The translations under genes and the position numbers were made by a program. This document shows, one piece after another, positions 13,612-20,705 of a stretch of DNA of 24,000 nt (positions within the stretch are counted from its first letter, which is position 1; the number at the start of each line of letters is the position of its first letter). The notes under the pieces are model-generated. The model saw only the letters and a list, made by a program, of their open reading frames with translations. It was not told the DNA's origin and did not search any database. Source of the stretch: Chitinimonas prasina (GTDB lineage: Bacteria > Pseudomonadota > Gammaproteobacteria > Burkholderiales > Chitinimonadaceae); assembly GCF_030160395.1 (NCBI RefSeq), contig NZ_BSOG01000001.1, forward strand, positions 4,117 through 28,116, written 5' to 3'.

Positions 13612-15128
13612 TCAACCCGCTACCCCTACTCCGCTTTCGGCCACTGGGTATCGACACTGCCCACGAATACGTGGTCTACATGAATGCCGGCTGTCACATC
13701 TGCCGCTCCGAAGGGTTTGCTGCGCAGGCCAGGCTGGTGGTCAGTGCCAATGGTCGCAGCATCATCGCCACGCTCAATACCGTCAAAGGCAACCTGCTGG
13801 GTATAGACGAAGCCTCGCTGAGCCTATCGGCCCAACGTGCACTCAATCTGCACGAGCACGATAATCTTGCCTTCTCCCATGTACCGGTACTGCAGTCCGA
13901 GAGTTATCTGCGTGCCAAGATTTACGGCCAGCGGCTGGCACCCAGTGAGCTCAGCGCCATCATCAACGATACCGTTGCTGGGCGTTTATCCGATCTGCAC
14001 CTGGCAGCCTTCGTGTCTGCTTGCGCGGGGGAACGGCTGGATATCGATGAGACCGTTGCCCTTACCCGCGCCATGGTCGCTGCCGGCGCCACCCTGGATT
14101 GGGGCAGCCATCCCATTGTCGACAAGCACTGCGTTGGCGGCCTGCCTGGCAACCGTACCACCCCCATTGTGGTCGCCATCGTCTCGGCCTGTGGCCTGAC
14201 CATGCCCAAGACATCGTCGCGCGCCATCACCTCGCCCGCCGGCACGGCCGATACCATGGAAGTCCTGGCGCCCGTCAATCTGGACCTAGCTGGCATACGC
14301 CGGGTGGTAGGCAATACGGGGGGCTGTGTGGTCTGGGGCGGTGCCATGCAGTTAAGCCCTGCCGACGATATCCTGATACAGGTGGAAAGACCGCTGGACC
14401 TCGACAGCGACGGCCAATTGGTGGCCTCCATCCTCTCCAAGAAGCTCGCCGCCGGATCGGATCAGGTGTTGATCGATATCCCGGTCGGCCCTACCGCCAA
14501 GGTCAGAACGCTGGAGACCGCCACCCGGCTACAGGCGCGACTGCTTGCGGTAGGCACGCAGCTGGGCATCCATGTGCAGGTGATGATCACCGATGGCCGG
14601 CAGCCCATAGGCCGTGGTGTCGGCCCGGCGCTGGAAGCGCGCGATGTGCTGCAGGTGCTGCAGAATGCCCCCCAGGCTCCTGCTGATTTGCGCGAGCGTG
14701 CCCTGCTGCTGGCCGCCAGGCTGCTGGAAATGGGTGCCGCCGCCCCGCCGGGGCAAGGCATGGCGCTGGCCATGGCCACCCTTGATAACGGCAATGCCTG
14801 GCGGCAGTTCCAGGCCATCTGCGAGGCCCAAGGCGGTATGCGGCAAGTACCCCAGGCACCACTGACCCAGCCGGTGCTGGCCGTGCAAGCCGGACAGGTG
14901 CAAGACATAGACAGCCGTACCCTGGCCCGCATTGCCAAGCTGGCGGGTGCACCCCAATCGAAAGCCGCAGGGCTGGATCTGCATGTCAGGCTGGGCGATA
15001 CCGTCATTACCGGCCAGCCACTGTTCACCATCCATGCCGAAGCCCCAGGCGAACTACGCTATGCCCAGGCCTACGCCGCCGAACAAACCAGCGTCATCAC
15101 CCTGGACACCGACCATGGCCAAGACTGA
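13608..15128 (+). CDS. Thymidine phosphorylase family protein, long (about 500 aa) AMP-phosphorylase-like type
   Basis: DKHCVGGLPGNRTTPIVVAIV...SSRAITSPAGTADTMEVL matches the pyrimidine-nucleoside phosphorylase core. There is an extra N-terminal domain of about 90 aa. The ATG overlaps the upstream stop (ATGA at 13608-13611). Confidence 0.88.
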   Translation: MINPLPLLRFRPLGIDTAHEYVVYMNAGCHICRSEGFAAQARLVVSANGRSIIATLNTVKGNLLGIDEASLSLSAQRALNLHEHDNLAFSHVPVLQSESYLRAKIYGQRLAPSELSAIINDTVAGRLSDLHLAAFVSACAGERLDIDETVALTRAMVAAGATLDWGSHPIVDKHCVGGLPGNRTTPIVVAIVSACGLTMPKTSSRAITSPAGTADTMEVLAPVNLDLAGIRRVVGNTGGCVVWGGAMQLSPADDILIQVERPLDLDSDGQLVASILSKKLAAGSDQVLIDIPVGPTAKVRTLETATRLQARLLAVGTQLGIHVQVMITDGRQPIGRGVGPALEARDVLQVLQNAPQAPADLRERALLLAARLLEMGAAAPPGQGMALAMATLDNGNAWRQFQAICEAQGGMRQVPQAPLTQPVLAVQAGQVQDIDSRTLARIAKLAGAPQSKAAGLDLHVRLGDTVITGQPLFTIHAEAPGELRYAQAYAAEQTSVITLDTDHGQD

Positions 15129-16029
15129 TCAAACTGACATCGTCCTGCTGACCCTGCCTGGCAATGAAGCCCAAGCCGAGGCACTGGCCACGCGGTTGAA
15201 CTGCAACGCGGCCCCCGTTCTACTGCATACTTTCCCCGACGGCGAAACGCTGGTCACCGTGCCAGAGGGCTTGCAGGACCGTTGCGTGATACTGGTATGC
15301 ACGCTGGACCACCCCGACAGCAAGCTGGCCCCGCTGCTGTTCGCCGCCGATACCGCTCGCGAACTGGGCGCCCGCAAGGTGGGACTGGTTGCACCTTATC
15401 TGGCTTACATGCGGCAGGACATCCGCTTTGCCCCCGGCCAGGCCGTCAGTTCGCGTACCTTTGCCGCAGTGCTGTCGCGGCATATCGATTTTCTGGCCAC
15501 GGTCGACCCCCATCTGCATCGTAACCACGCCCTCGACCCATTGTTCAAGCTGCCCTGTGCCGCCGTAGCAGCTGCGCCCGCCATCGCAGACTGGATTGCC
15601 CAGGCCGTCCCCAAGCCCTTGCTGATCGGCCCCGATAGCGAGAGTGAACAGTGGATCGCAGCCGTCGCCAAGCGGCTGGGAGCGCCTTATCTGGTACTGG
15701 AGAAAACCCGCCGAGGCGATCGAGATGTCAGCGTCTCGGAGATCGATGCCGGCGCCTGGGCACAGCACACGCCCGTCCTGCTGGACGATATCCTCTCCAC
15801 CGCCCGCACCATGATTGCGGCGGTGCAGCGCCTGCGCGAAGCCGGCCTGGCCGCCCCCATCTGCATCGCCGTCCACCCCATACTCAGCGGCGATGCCCTG
15901 CCCTCACTCATGGCGGCAGGCGCCGCCAGGGTAGTCAGCTGCAACACCATCAGCCACAGTAGCAACGCCATCGACGTCATGCCGCTGATTGCAGCAGCGC
16001 TCACGCTGCATTGCCTGCCAGCAGCCTGA
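15115..16029 (+). CDS. Ribose-phosphate pyrophosphokinase (PRPP synthetase)-like protein
   Basis: Motifs FPDGE, VAPYLAYMRQD, VDPHLH, LLIGPDSES and PVLLDDILSTARTM (PRPP-binding loop). The start at 15115 overlaps the upstream gene by 14 nt; the tracked ORF starts earlier at 14932. Confidence 0.85.
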   Translation: MAKTDQTDIVLLTLPGNEAQAEALATRLNCNAAPVLLHTFPDGETLVTVPEGLQDRCVILVCTLDHPDSKLAPLLFAADTARELGARKVGLVAPYLAYMRQDIRFAPGQAVSSRTFAAVLSRHIDFLATVDPHLHRNHALDPLFKLPCAAVAAAPAIADWIAQAVPKPLLIGPDSESEQWIAAVAKRLGAPYLVLEKTRRGDRDVSVSEIDAGAWAQHTPVLLDDILSTARTMIAAVQRLREAGLAAPICIAVHPILSGDALPSLMAAGAARVVSCNTISHSSNAIDVMPLIAAALTLHCLPAA

Positions 16030-16176
16030 ACCTTTGGCCTGCATGGCATAGACAGCCGACACCACGTCACCGCCCCCGGTGCAAAAACGGTCGTGGCTGG
16101 CCATAGCAGCGTTACCAGCCTCATCTTGGTGCAAGGGTGGGGCACGTACAGCACATGCCAGTCAGGGGAAACAACA

Positions 16177-16189
16177 CAAACCATTGATT
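16177..16189. promoter_or_regulatory. IHF-consensus-like site CAA-ACCA-TTGATT upstream of the nasT-like promoter
   Basis: Matches YAA-N4-TTGATW. An almost identical arrangement recurs at 23963-23975. Confidence 0.4.
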
Positions 16190-16217
16190 TTATTTGAATA
16201 ATACAAGAACCATTAGT

Positions 16218-16233
16218 CGGCACAAGCCTTGCT
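16218..16233 (+). promoter_or_regulatory. Sigma54 (-24/-12) promoter cGGCAC-N5-TTGCT for the ANTAR regulator gene
   Basis: CGGCACAAGCCTTGCT has correct GG/GC spacing. It lies about 30 bp upstream of ATG 16264. Confidence 0.6.
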
Positions 16234-16263
16234 TTATATTCTTCCCACCCTGGAAGAAAGCCC

Positions 16264-16848
16264 ATGAACAAAGCATTGCGGCTAGTACTGGTAGACGATA
16301 CGGAGCGCGAGCTGGGTGCGCTGCGCGACGCATTGCTGGCTGCGGGCTTCGAGGTCATCGCCGAAGTCGACAGCGCCTTTGCCTTGGCCGATGTGGTGGC
16401 CAGACTGGAGCCTGATGCCGTCATCGTCGATACCGACTCTCCCAGCCGCGATGTGCTGGAACATATCGCCGTCATGCACCAGGATGCCCCCCGGCCTATC
16501 GTCATGTTCACTGACGATGGTTCGGAAGCTCGCATCAAGGAAGCCATACGCGCAGGCGTGACTGCCTATGTGGTGGACGGGCTGTCACCCGCCCGACTGA
16601 AACCAGTGCTGGACGTGGCCATTGCCCGCTTCGATGAAGAACGCAAGCTGCGTAACGAGCTGGCCGATACCCGGCAGCAACTGCTGGATCGCAAGATCAT
16701 AGACCGCGCCAAGGGCTTGCTGATGAAGCGCCGCAATATCGATGAGGATGCTGCCTATCAATTGCTGCGCAAGACCGCCATGACCCGTGGGCAAAAGCTG
16801 GCCGAGGTTGCCAGGCAGTTGGTGGAAGCGACCGAATTGCTGGGTTAG
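16264..16848 (+). CDS. nasT: ANTAR-domain response regulator, nitrate/nitrite antiterminator NasT-like
   Basis: A receiver domain (LRLVLVDD...AVIVDTDSP...) is followed by an ANTAR domain (LLDRKIIDRAKGLLMKRRNIDEDAAYQLLRKTAMTRGQKLAEVARQLV). It sits in the same locus as a nitrate ABC transporter with an ANTAR-type leader. Confidence 0.85.
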   Translation: MNKALRLVLVDDTERELGALRDALLAAGFEVIAEVDSAFALADVVARLEPDAVIVDTDSPSRDVLEHIAVMHQDAPRPIVMFTDDGSEARIKEAIRAGVTAYVVDGLSPARLKPVLDVAIARFDEERKLRNELADTRQQLLDRKIIDRAKGLLMKRRNIDEDAAYQLLRKTAMTRGQKLAEVARQLVEATELLG

Positions 16849-16929
16849 CTTGTCAGCCATGCGGCCGTCTCAGGCTGTCGCGGTGGCCGCCCAAGTCTAA
16901 GAGACTGTTATTTGAATGTTATGCGCAAT

Positions 16930-17253
16930 TCAGTGCCCAGCGGCCCATGTTTCAGCCCACTCTCGAAGTGGTGCAATAACCCTCATTAGCTCCGCTCCGT
17001 TGGCAGTTAATAGATAGCCTTCACTACCCAGCTCGACCAGATTGGCCTCTCTTAATTCGCCTAACCGTGTGTTGAGTACGCTAGATGAAGCATTCTCGCA
17101 ATGTGCTTGCAACTCTCGAAATGATCTAGGGGCTATGCTTAGCTCCCACAACACTCTCATTGCCCATCTGCGACCTAGAAGATCCAGAATGACCATCACT
17201 GGTCGCCCGGACACTGATCCTCGGGCATGACTACCTAGCTTTGGGGGTTTCAT
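16930..17253 (-). CDS. HxlR-family winged-helix transcriptional regulator
   Basis: ILDLLGRRWAMRVLWELSIAPRSFRELQAHCENASSSVLNTRLGELREANLVE is HxlR-like. The segment is AT-richer than its surroundings. Confidence 0.8.
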   Translation of the reverse strand: MKPPKLGSHARGSVSGRPVMVILDLLGRRWAMRVLWELSIAPRSFRELQAHCENASSSVLNTRLGELREANLVELGSEGYLLTANGAELMRVIAPLREWAETWAAGH

Positions 17254-17325
17254 CGTTAGTTGCGCTTCGAAAAAAGAAGCGGTATTCTACTGGGCACCAT
17301 CAATCAAAACAAGCGGGTGTATTCC

Positions 17326-17619
17326 ATGTTCCTTATTGATCTAGTTTTTACCGCACCCAATGATGTTGTCGACAAGTATGTGGCTGCTCACAGGCAATAT
17401 TTATCAAGCCACTACGATCAAGGACTATTTTTACTAGGGGGTAGAAAAGTTCCTAGAACAGGTGGCGTCATACTTTCACGGCACAATACACTTGCAGAAG
17501 TAGAGCAAATATTTAACTCAGACCCGCTAGTTCTAGCATCCGCCGCCAGTTATACCGTCATGGAGTTTGAACTGGCTATGCTTTCACCAGAACTGAAAGC
17601 ACTAAGCTTTATCCAGTAA
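17326..17619 (+). CDS. YciI-like small protein
   Basis: 97 aa from ATG 17326 (MFLIDLVFTAPNDVVDKYVAAHRQYL...GGRKVPRTGGVILS...DPLV). It is divergent from the HxlR gene. The family call is moderate. Confidence 0.6.
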   Translation: MFLIDLVFTAPNDVVDKYVAAHRQYLSSHYDQGLFLLGGRKVPRTGGVILSRHNTLAEVEQIFNSDPLVLASAASYTVMEFELAMLSPELKALSFIQ

Positions 17620-17723
17620 AGGCGCTATTGTTCCTAATATCAACAGGCGCATAAACCATCATTCAACCGGACTGAACTGCCCCGTGTTTGATGGAGGCTC
17701 TAACTACTTGAGAAGATAGCACC

Positions 17724-17800
17724 ATGAAGAAGTCCGCCAAGTTTTCCCCCTAAGCTCGCGAACGCGCCATGCGCATGGTATTAAAGAGCCAGGGGGCGGT
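17724..17800 (+). pseudogene. Tiny remnant of an IS3-family orfA 5' end
   Basis: MKKSAKFSP*ARERAMRMVLKSQGA resembles IS3-family OrfA N-termini (..RFSPEVRQRAVRMVLESQG..) but carries an in-frame stop. Nothing further is present. Confidence 0.4.
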
Positions 17801-17805
17801 ACCGC

Positions 17806-18228
17806 CTAGGGTGCGTACAGTATCTTCACGCTCGCATCGGCCTCGGCCCGGTCCAGATACCCGACCATATGGGGATTCGCCGCCAACAGGCGCTTGAGTT
17901 CGGCGGCGCTGGCAACCTGCTGCGGTGCCACGCCCTTGCCGGTGAAATTCAGCCGCGCCCAATGGCTCTTCAGTTGTGCTTCGCTCTTGTTCAGCACCTT
18001 GTCCAGAAAGTCCTGCCGCACCGGCCCGGCCCCCAGCATCAAGGGCACGATGACGCCACCGCCGGGGAACTCCTTCAGGCGCAGGTAATAGATATCCAGC
18101 ACCTGTTGCCGGCTAAACGACACGGCCGGACTCTTGCTGCCAGCCACCAGCACCGGTTCTGCCTGGGCCGGCAGCACCCCTATGGCGCATAAGATGATGG
18201 AACCGAGATGACGATGCATGCGGGTCAT
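17806..18228 (-). CDS. Small periplasmic protein with signal peptide (phosphate-binding-protein-like fragment fold), co-transcribed with the porin
   Basis: Signal peptide MTRMHRHLGSIILCAIGVLPAQA. It starts 13 nt downstream of the porin stop. Function is uncertain. Confidence 0.6.
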   Translation of the reverse strand: MTRMHRHLGSIILCAIGVLPAQAEPVLVAGSKSPAVSFSRQQVLDIYYLRLKEFPGGGVIVPLMLGAGPVRQDFLDKVLNKSEAQLKSHWARLNFTGKGVAPQQVASAAELKRLLAANPHMVGYLDRAEADASVKILYAP

Positions 18229-18241
18229 GGTCGGCTCCCGC

Positions 18242-19522
18242 TCAGAAGATGAAGTCGAGGTTGGCGGTATAGGTACTCACCTTGCCATCGAACTGGGATT
18301 GCGGCCCCATGCGAAACTCGACCTTGTTGCTACTGCCCCAGAAGCGGTTTTTGATCTTGTAATGATCCCACTGCAGCTTGAGCGCCATATTGCTGCTCAA
18401 CTCCCAGCGCAGCCCCAACGCGAGTTGGTCGCGGTGGTACTGGCCAGTCACATTGGCGGCATTCGCGGCAGCCAGCGCACTCAGCAGCGCCATTTGGTCG
18501 GTTGTCGCTTGCGGTGGCGTGGTCAGCCTCAGGTCAACCGGTTCAGCAATCGGCTTGAGACTGCCCAAAACAAGATAAGGGGTGAAATCGCCTATGCGCC
18601 TTGCCCCCAGCAGATACCAGCCACCCGATCCGCTCAGGATCGCGGAATCGGACTTGCGGCTTACCCATTCCCCTTGCACGACATAGGTATCATCGTCCCA
18701 GCTGAAACCCAGGCTGACCATCTTGTTGACCACATCCGTCAACTTGAAGCGCTCGCGATAAACCTGGTTGCAATTGCTGCAAAGGCCCATTTGCTGGGCA
18801 TCACGCACCAGACCCAAAAATTGGTCCACGCTATTGCCGGCAAAGGGCTTCAGCCCGCCCTTAGGCCGGGAATAGCCCAAGCGCAGCAACAAGGGGCCGG
18901 ATGTCCACTTGGCGGAGAGCCCCATCTGCTTCGGTACTTCAATCTCGCCCAGCGAGACATCCACCCGGGTTTTGCCGTAATAGCCCTCGATACCCAATAC
19001 GCCCTCACCAAAGTGGCGCTCCCACTGCCCGGTTACGCCATCGTTGAAGGTGATGGAGTTATTGGAATAGACCTGTCCCGGTGGCTGCGCACTGATCTGT
19101 GCGTAGTAGAGGTCGTTGTAGTCCGACATCAGGAAAACCGGCGCCAATGCCCGTCCCAGCTTGATATTGATCTCGCTGCTGGGCTCCCAGCCCAGGTAGG
19201 CCCACTGCACCCTGGGCCGGTGGCTGCTGTTGACCTCCTTCTTTGAGATCAACTGAAAGCCCGCGTTGAATGGTCCTGCCGGCCTTAGCTTGAGTTGCAC
19301 GGCAAGCAGGCTGTCGGCATCGAAGCGGGTCTCGTTGCGCGCCCCCGTGCTGGTGCGTATGTCCGAGCGCACGGTCGCATTGGGGTCGTCGGCATGGTAG
19401 ACGCCCACGGTGCCAAAGCCATCAAGCTTCACCCAGTCGGGCAAGGCTTCCGCCCTAACCTGCATTGCCATTGCCATCGCGTTGCATAGCGCAAGCGCTA
19501 CCAGACCCCTGCGTCCCATCAT
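18242..19522 (-). CDS. Outer-membrane beta-barrel porin (family unresolved)
   Basis: Signal peptide MMGRRGLVALALCNAMAMAMQVRAEA, alternating beta-strand pattern, and a C-terminal ...YTANLDFIF ending in Phe. The start is set at ATG 19522 instead of the tracked 19585. Confidence 0.8.
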   Translation of the reverse strand: MMGRRGLVALALCNAMAMAMQVRAEALPDWVKLDGFGTVGVYHADDPNATVRSDIRTSTGARNETRFDADSLLAVQLKLRPAGPFNAGFQLISKKEVNSSHRPRVQWAYLGWEPSSEINIKLGRALAPVFLMSDYNDLYYAQISAQPPGQVYSNNSITFNDGVTGQWERHFGEGVLGIEGYYGKTRVDVSLGEIEVPKQMGLSAKWTSGPLLLRLGYSRPKGGLKPFAGNSVDQFLGLVRDAQQMGLCSNCNQVYRERFKLTDVVNKMVSLGFSWDDDTYVVQGEWVSRKSDSAILSGSGGWYLLGARRIGDFTPYLVLGSLKPIAEPVDLRLTTPPQATTDQMALLSALAAANAANVTGQYHRDQLALGLRWELSSNMALKLQWDHYKIKNRFWGSSNKVEFRMGPQSQFDGKVSTYTANLDFIF

Positions 19523-19742
19523 GCCCTCTCTGCCCTGCGCCCCACAGACCAGGGGCGAGATGTATGCGTCATCCCTCGACGCCATCTATGTGGGATAGGT
19601 AAGGAGCGCCGGATAGGCAAGCCACATATTGCAAAGGCTGGGGCTTTTGAGGCGGAATGTGCTGACCATACCGGGCAAGGCAAGAGCCCGGCGGGGCCGC
19701 CCTAACTGCTAGCGACTCGGTGCAAGATTAGGGAACAGGCTC

Positions 19743-19994
19743 TTACAGCAGCACCCGCACACCTTCGCCGCGCATGGCGAGTGAGCGCACCTCGGCCAGC
19801 TTGGCCAGTTGCATGACCAGGCTGAACACCGAACGGCTGCTCTCCAGTTCGATGCATACATCCATGTAGCCACGGCCCTTGGGCATCTCGGCGGCCACAC
19901 GGCGCACCGAATAACCACGGTGGCGCACCACGCGCAATACGCGCTCCAGTGCATCGCTATTGTTGTCCAGGTTCAACGTCAGTTGCTGTGCCAT
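19743..19994 (-). CDS. Small ACT-domain protein (acetolactate synthase small-subunit IlvM-like)
   Basis: 83 aa from ATG 19994 behind AGGAG (MAQQLTLNLDNNSDALERVLRVVRHRGYSVRRV...). The upstream part of the tracked ORF 19743..20258 is discounted. Confidence 0.6.
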   Translation of the reverse strand: MAQQLTLNLDNNSDALERVLRVVRHRGYSVRRVAAEMPKGRGYMDVCIELESSRSVFSLVMQLAKLAEVRSLAMRGEGVRVLL

Positions 19995-20044
19995 CTCAAT
20001 TACTCCTGCGGGGACTGGGGATAGGGTCTGAAATGACGAAGCCC

Positions 20045-20081
20045 CCGATCTTTCGATTCGGGGGCTTCGTCTGGATTCTTT
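20045..20081. other. Strong 12-bp-stem hairpin in the long intergenic region, about 50 nt upstream of the ACT-protein start
   Basis: GACGAAGCCCCC (20045-20056) pairs with GGGGGCTTCGTC (20070-20081) around a 13-nt loop. No clear U-run on either strand. Confidence 0.5.
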
Positions 20082-20320
20082 GTCGTTCGGGTTCTGGCTC
20101 AGCTTCCCGATCGCGCAAACACCAACGCGCCCCACGATGTAATCATCATGGTGCGTTTCATGGTAGTGGTCAGCGCGTTGAGCACAGGGAACATGGGCTG
20201 TTGCAATGCAAAATGGATTCGACACCCCCACTCTAACTGCAGCCGCAAGCAGTGGCAAGCATCTTGTTTCACCATCAGGCTAGCCGTCTCACCCGGATTG
20301 GTGCACCGCGCCAATCTGCC

Positions 20321-20337
20321 TGCTGCGTCATGGTGCA
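20321..20337. promoter_or_regulatory. NtrC-type enhancer-like site TGCTGC-N5-GGTGCA
   Basis: 10 of 12 matches to TGCACC-N5-GGTGCA. A second GGTGCA(CC) lies at 20300-20307. It sits about 150-200 bp upstream of the sigma54 promoter. Confidence 0.35.
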
Positions 20338-20480
20338 TGGCGCAATCTGCGACAGCGTGTCTTTACGCCCACCAGCTGAGTGGCAGCACTTTGGTGGCAA
20401 GCCATAGCACCATAATTTACTGTTTTATATCAAGCGTATAAGTACAAAAAATCGGGCGGGAATTGGCAGCTGATACCCGC

Positions 20481-20496
20481 TGGCACACTTGCTGCA
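20481..20496 (+). promoter_or_regulatory. Sigma54 (-24/-12) promoter TGGCAC-N5-CTGCA for the nitrate transporter operon
   Basis: TGGCACACTTGCTGCA has canonical GG/GC spacing. The predicted transcription start is near 20507. Confidence 0.65.
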
Positions 20497-20512
20497 TAGT
20501 GATAGGCGTTAC

Positions 20513-20532
20513 CCGGTTCAATGTCGAACCGG
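20513..20532 (+). promoter_or_regulatory. Leader hairpin I, ANTAR-target type (7-bp stem, hexaloop AATGTC with A1 and G4)
   Basis: CCGGTTC-AATGTC-GAACCGG, located immediately after the predicted transcription start. Confidence 0.55.
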
Positions 20533-20622
20533 ATCACTCCAGATTCGTTGGGGAGTCTGACTGGGAGCCCAAGCTTGCATGCAAGCGGATAGCTCCGGGC
20601 CGCGCAGCCTTGCTGTCGGCCC

Positions 20623-20640
20623 AAGGACAACGGCGTCCTT
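20623..20640 (+). promoter_or_regulatory. Leader hairpin II, ANTAR-target type (6-bp stem, hexaloop AACGGC with A1 and G4); overlaps the terminator 5' arm and so is a candidate antiterminator
   Basis: AAGGAC-AACGGC-GTCCTT. Bases 20629-20638 are also the 5' arm of the terminator, so the two structures are mutually exclusive. Confidence 0.6.
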
Positions 20641-20677
20641 TGACCGGTTTTACCGGTCGAGGTACGCCGTTTTTTTT
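20629..20677 (+). terminator. Leader intrinsic terminator upstream of nrtA
   Basis: AACGGCGTCC (20629-20638) pairs with GG-T-ACGCCGTT (20661-20671). An inner hairpin GACCGGT/ACCGGTC sits between the arms, and a T-run follows at 20670-20677. It lies 29 nt before ATG 20706. Confidence 0.75.
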
Positions 20678-20705
20678 GCGCCCGCGTTTTGACCAAGGAA
20701 GCAGC

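Noticed and set aside
16066-16083. NtrC-like palindrome GTCACC-GCCCCC-GGTGCA upstream of nasT
   Set aside because: The spacer is 6 rather than 5 nt and the left half-site is poor. This is insufficient to call an enhancer, though it is kept in mind as weak support for sigma54 regulation.
15687-16547. 286-aa minus-strand ORF spanning the PRS-like gene end, the intergenic region and the nasT start
   Set aside because: It crosses a promoter region and two well-supported plus-strand genes. The translation is Ser/Ala/Thr-rich and looks like noise.
18218-19246. 342-aa plus-strand ORF over the porin gene
   Set aside because: The porin on the minus strand has a signal peptide, beta-barrel pattern and C-terminal Phe. 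The plus-strand ORF has no features and is a shadow frame.
20148-20441. 97-aa ORF (and a minus-strand 79-aa ORF) in the ACT/nrtA intergenic region
   Set aside because: No RBS, odd composition (Cys/His/Ser-rich), and overlap with predicted enhancer and promoter elements.
20586-20597. CGG-ATAGCT-CCG as the first ANTAR hairpin
   Set aside because: The loop fits A1/G4, but the stem is only 3 bp and is embedded in a much more stable alternative hairpin (20564-20596). The 7-bp-stem hairpin at 20513-20532 is a better candidate.
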